A stretch of DNA of 64,000 nucleotides, taken from contig BFEA01000006.1 in assembly GCA_003427395.1 (NCBI GenBank), positions 301,551-365,550 on the forward strand, in the 5' to 3' direction. A model generated the notes under the pieces. That model searched no databases and was not told the origin of the DNA. It saw only the letters and a list, made by a program, of their open reading frames with translations. Below are positions 63,025 to 64,000 of the stretch, one piece after another. Position 1 is the first letter of the stretch; each line of letters starts with the position of its first letter. Source of the stretch: Chara braunii. Lineage: Eukaryota > Plantae > Charophyceae. A program made the translations under genes and the position numbers.

Positions 63025-64000
63025 AACTTAGCTAAGGCATGAACGTCTGTAGAAAGAACAAAAGTGGAACTGGAGCCGTGTGGATGTGTACAAGATTAGG
63101 TGTTGTGCCGATGAGATGAATAGGACGGGTGGGCGCTACAGGTAACTAACAAGCAGGTTTGCTTAGTTTACGTGAGGTGATGTTATAAGGTACTGTAGAG
63201 TGGACAACAGCACTTGTATAGGACTTCGTTGTGGACTCGATGGCCGGGATATTGGCTATGCATGATGAAGATTGTGGTGTGTGAGTCATTGAGGTTATGT
63301 GGGTGAGTTAATCAATGCGGCTTTGGGGGGGGGAACTTCTAAGTTGAAGAGCCCGCTAGCCATAATATCAGTTCATACCGGATGTATGTGACAGGACGTG
63401 TGTACGTCACACCATATAGACTCCATGGGATAGAGGGCTTGGGTGGAAGGTAGGGCTGAAAGGCATTCCAGGGGTCTGTTAGAAATGACATGGACGCTCT
63501 GCCAGCTTGTCACGAAGAGATGCATCCTCATTGGTGAGGTGGGGGATGTCATCATGGTCGTCATCGGTATTAATTGCGTTGAAACGATGAGGAAAGAACA
63601 AGGTGCTATATGGGAAAGACTGCCGGTTGGAACGGTAGCGGAGCTGGGTACTTTGCCTGCTTTGTCTCTCTCAGCATCATACTCAATTAGGGTCTCTTGC
63701 CTCACTGTATGCTTTGAGTATGTCAGTCCCCTTGCTCTCCATGTTTTCCCTTGATCTTCTTTGAAGTTAAGGCTTAACTCTCTCTCTCTCTCTCTCTGAG
63801 TATGCTATGTCTGGCATTGTCTGCTAACCAACAGTTCGCATGCGCTGGTGGTGTGACGAGGCGTTGCCTCGGGCTGATGTACTCTTACCTTGCTCGGCTC
63901 GCTCCCTCAATTGTCTGCAGGATAAGGCTGTAAGCAAACGTGGTTTGCCCTCTCACTAGCCTTCTCGAGCTTCTGATGTATTCCTTTATTAACTCTCTCT

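Noticed and set aside
63915-63960. ctgcAG as acceptor of the next DSK2 exon
   Set aside because: The phase-0 frame reads DKAVSKRGLPSH* with no ubiquilin similarity.

Overview
Eukaryotic nuclear DNA, very rich in (GA)n/(GT)n microsatellites and containing several N gaps. It is most likely from a streptophyte alga such as Chara (inference from intron size, retroelement style, and organellar fragments). The whole window lies inside one + strand gene for a ubiquilin/DSK2-type UBL-STI1-UBA proteasome shuttle. Three phase-compatible exons (653-1411, 18035-18312, 42881-42964) are separated by giant introns of about 16.6 kb, 24.6 kb and more than 21 kb. The introns hold two near-full-length but disabled chromodomain-type Ty3/gypsy LTR retrotransposons (33696-42555 +; 49743-61884 -), several older gypsy remnants, a 5'-truncated L1-like LINE and a tRNA-derived SINE candidate. 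They also hold an hAT-like non-autonomous element with an 8-bp TSD and a TTWA-targeting TIR family with ACCACCAGTAC termini. Organellar inserts are a mitochondrial trnA-trnT fragment and a plastid ndhF fragment. The least explained structures are the ACC...GGT/TTWA transposon family and a ~100-bp inverted-repeat-bounded module that recurs in arrays inside unrelated elements. No novel protein-coding system could be supported.
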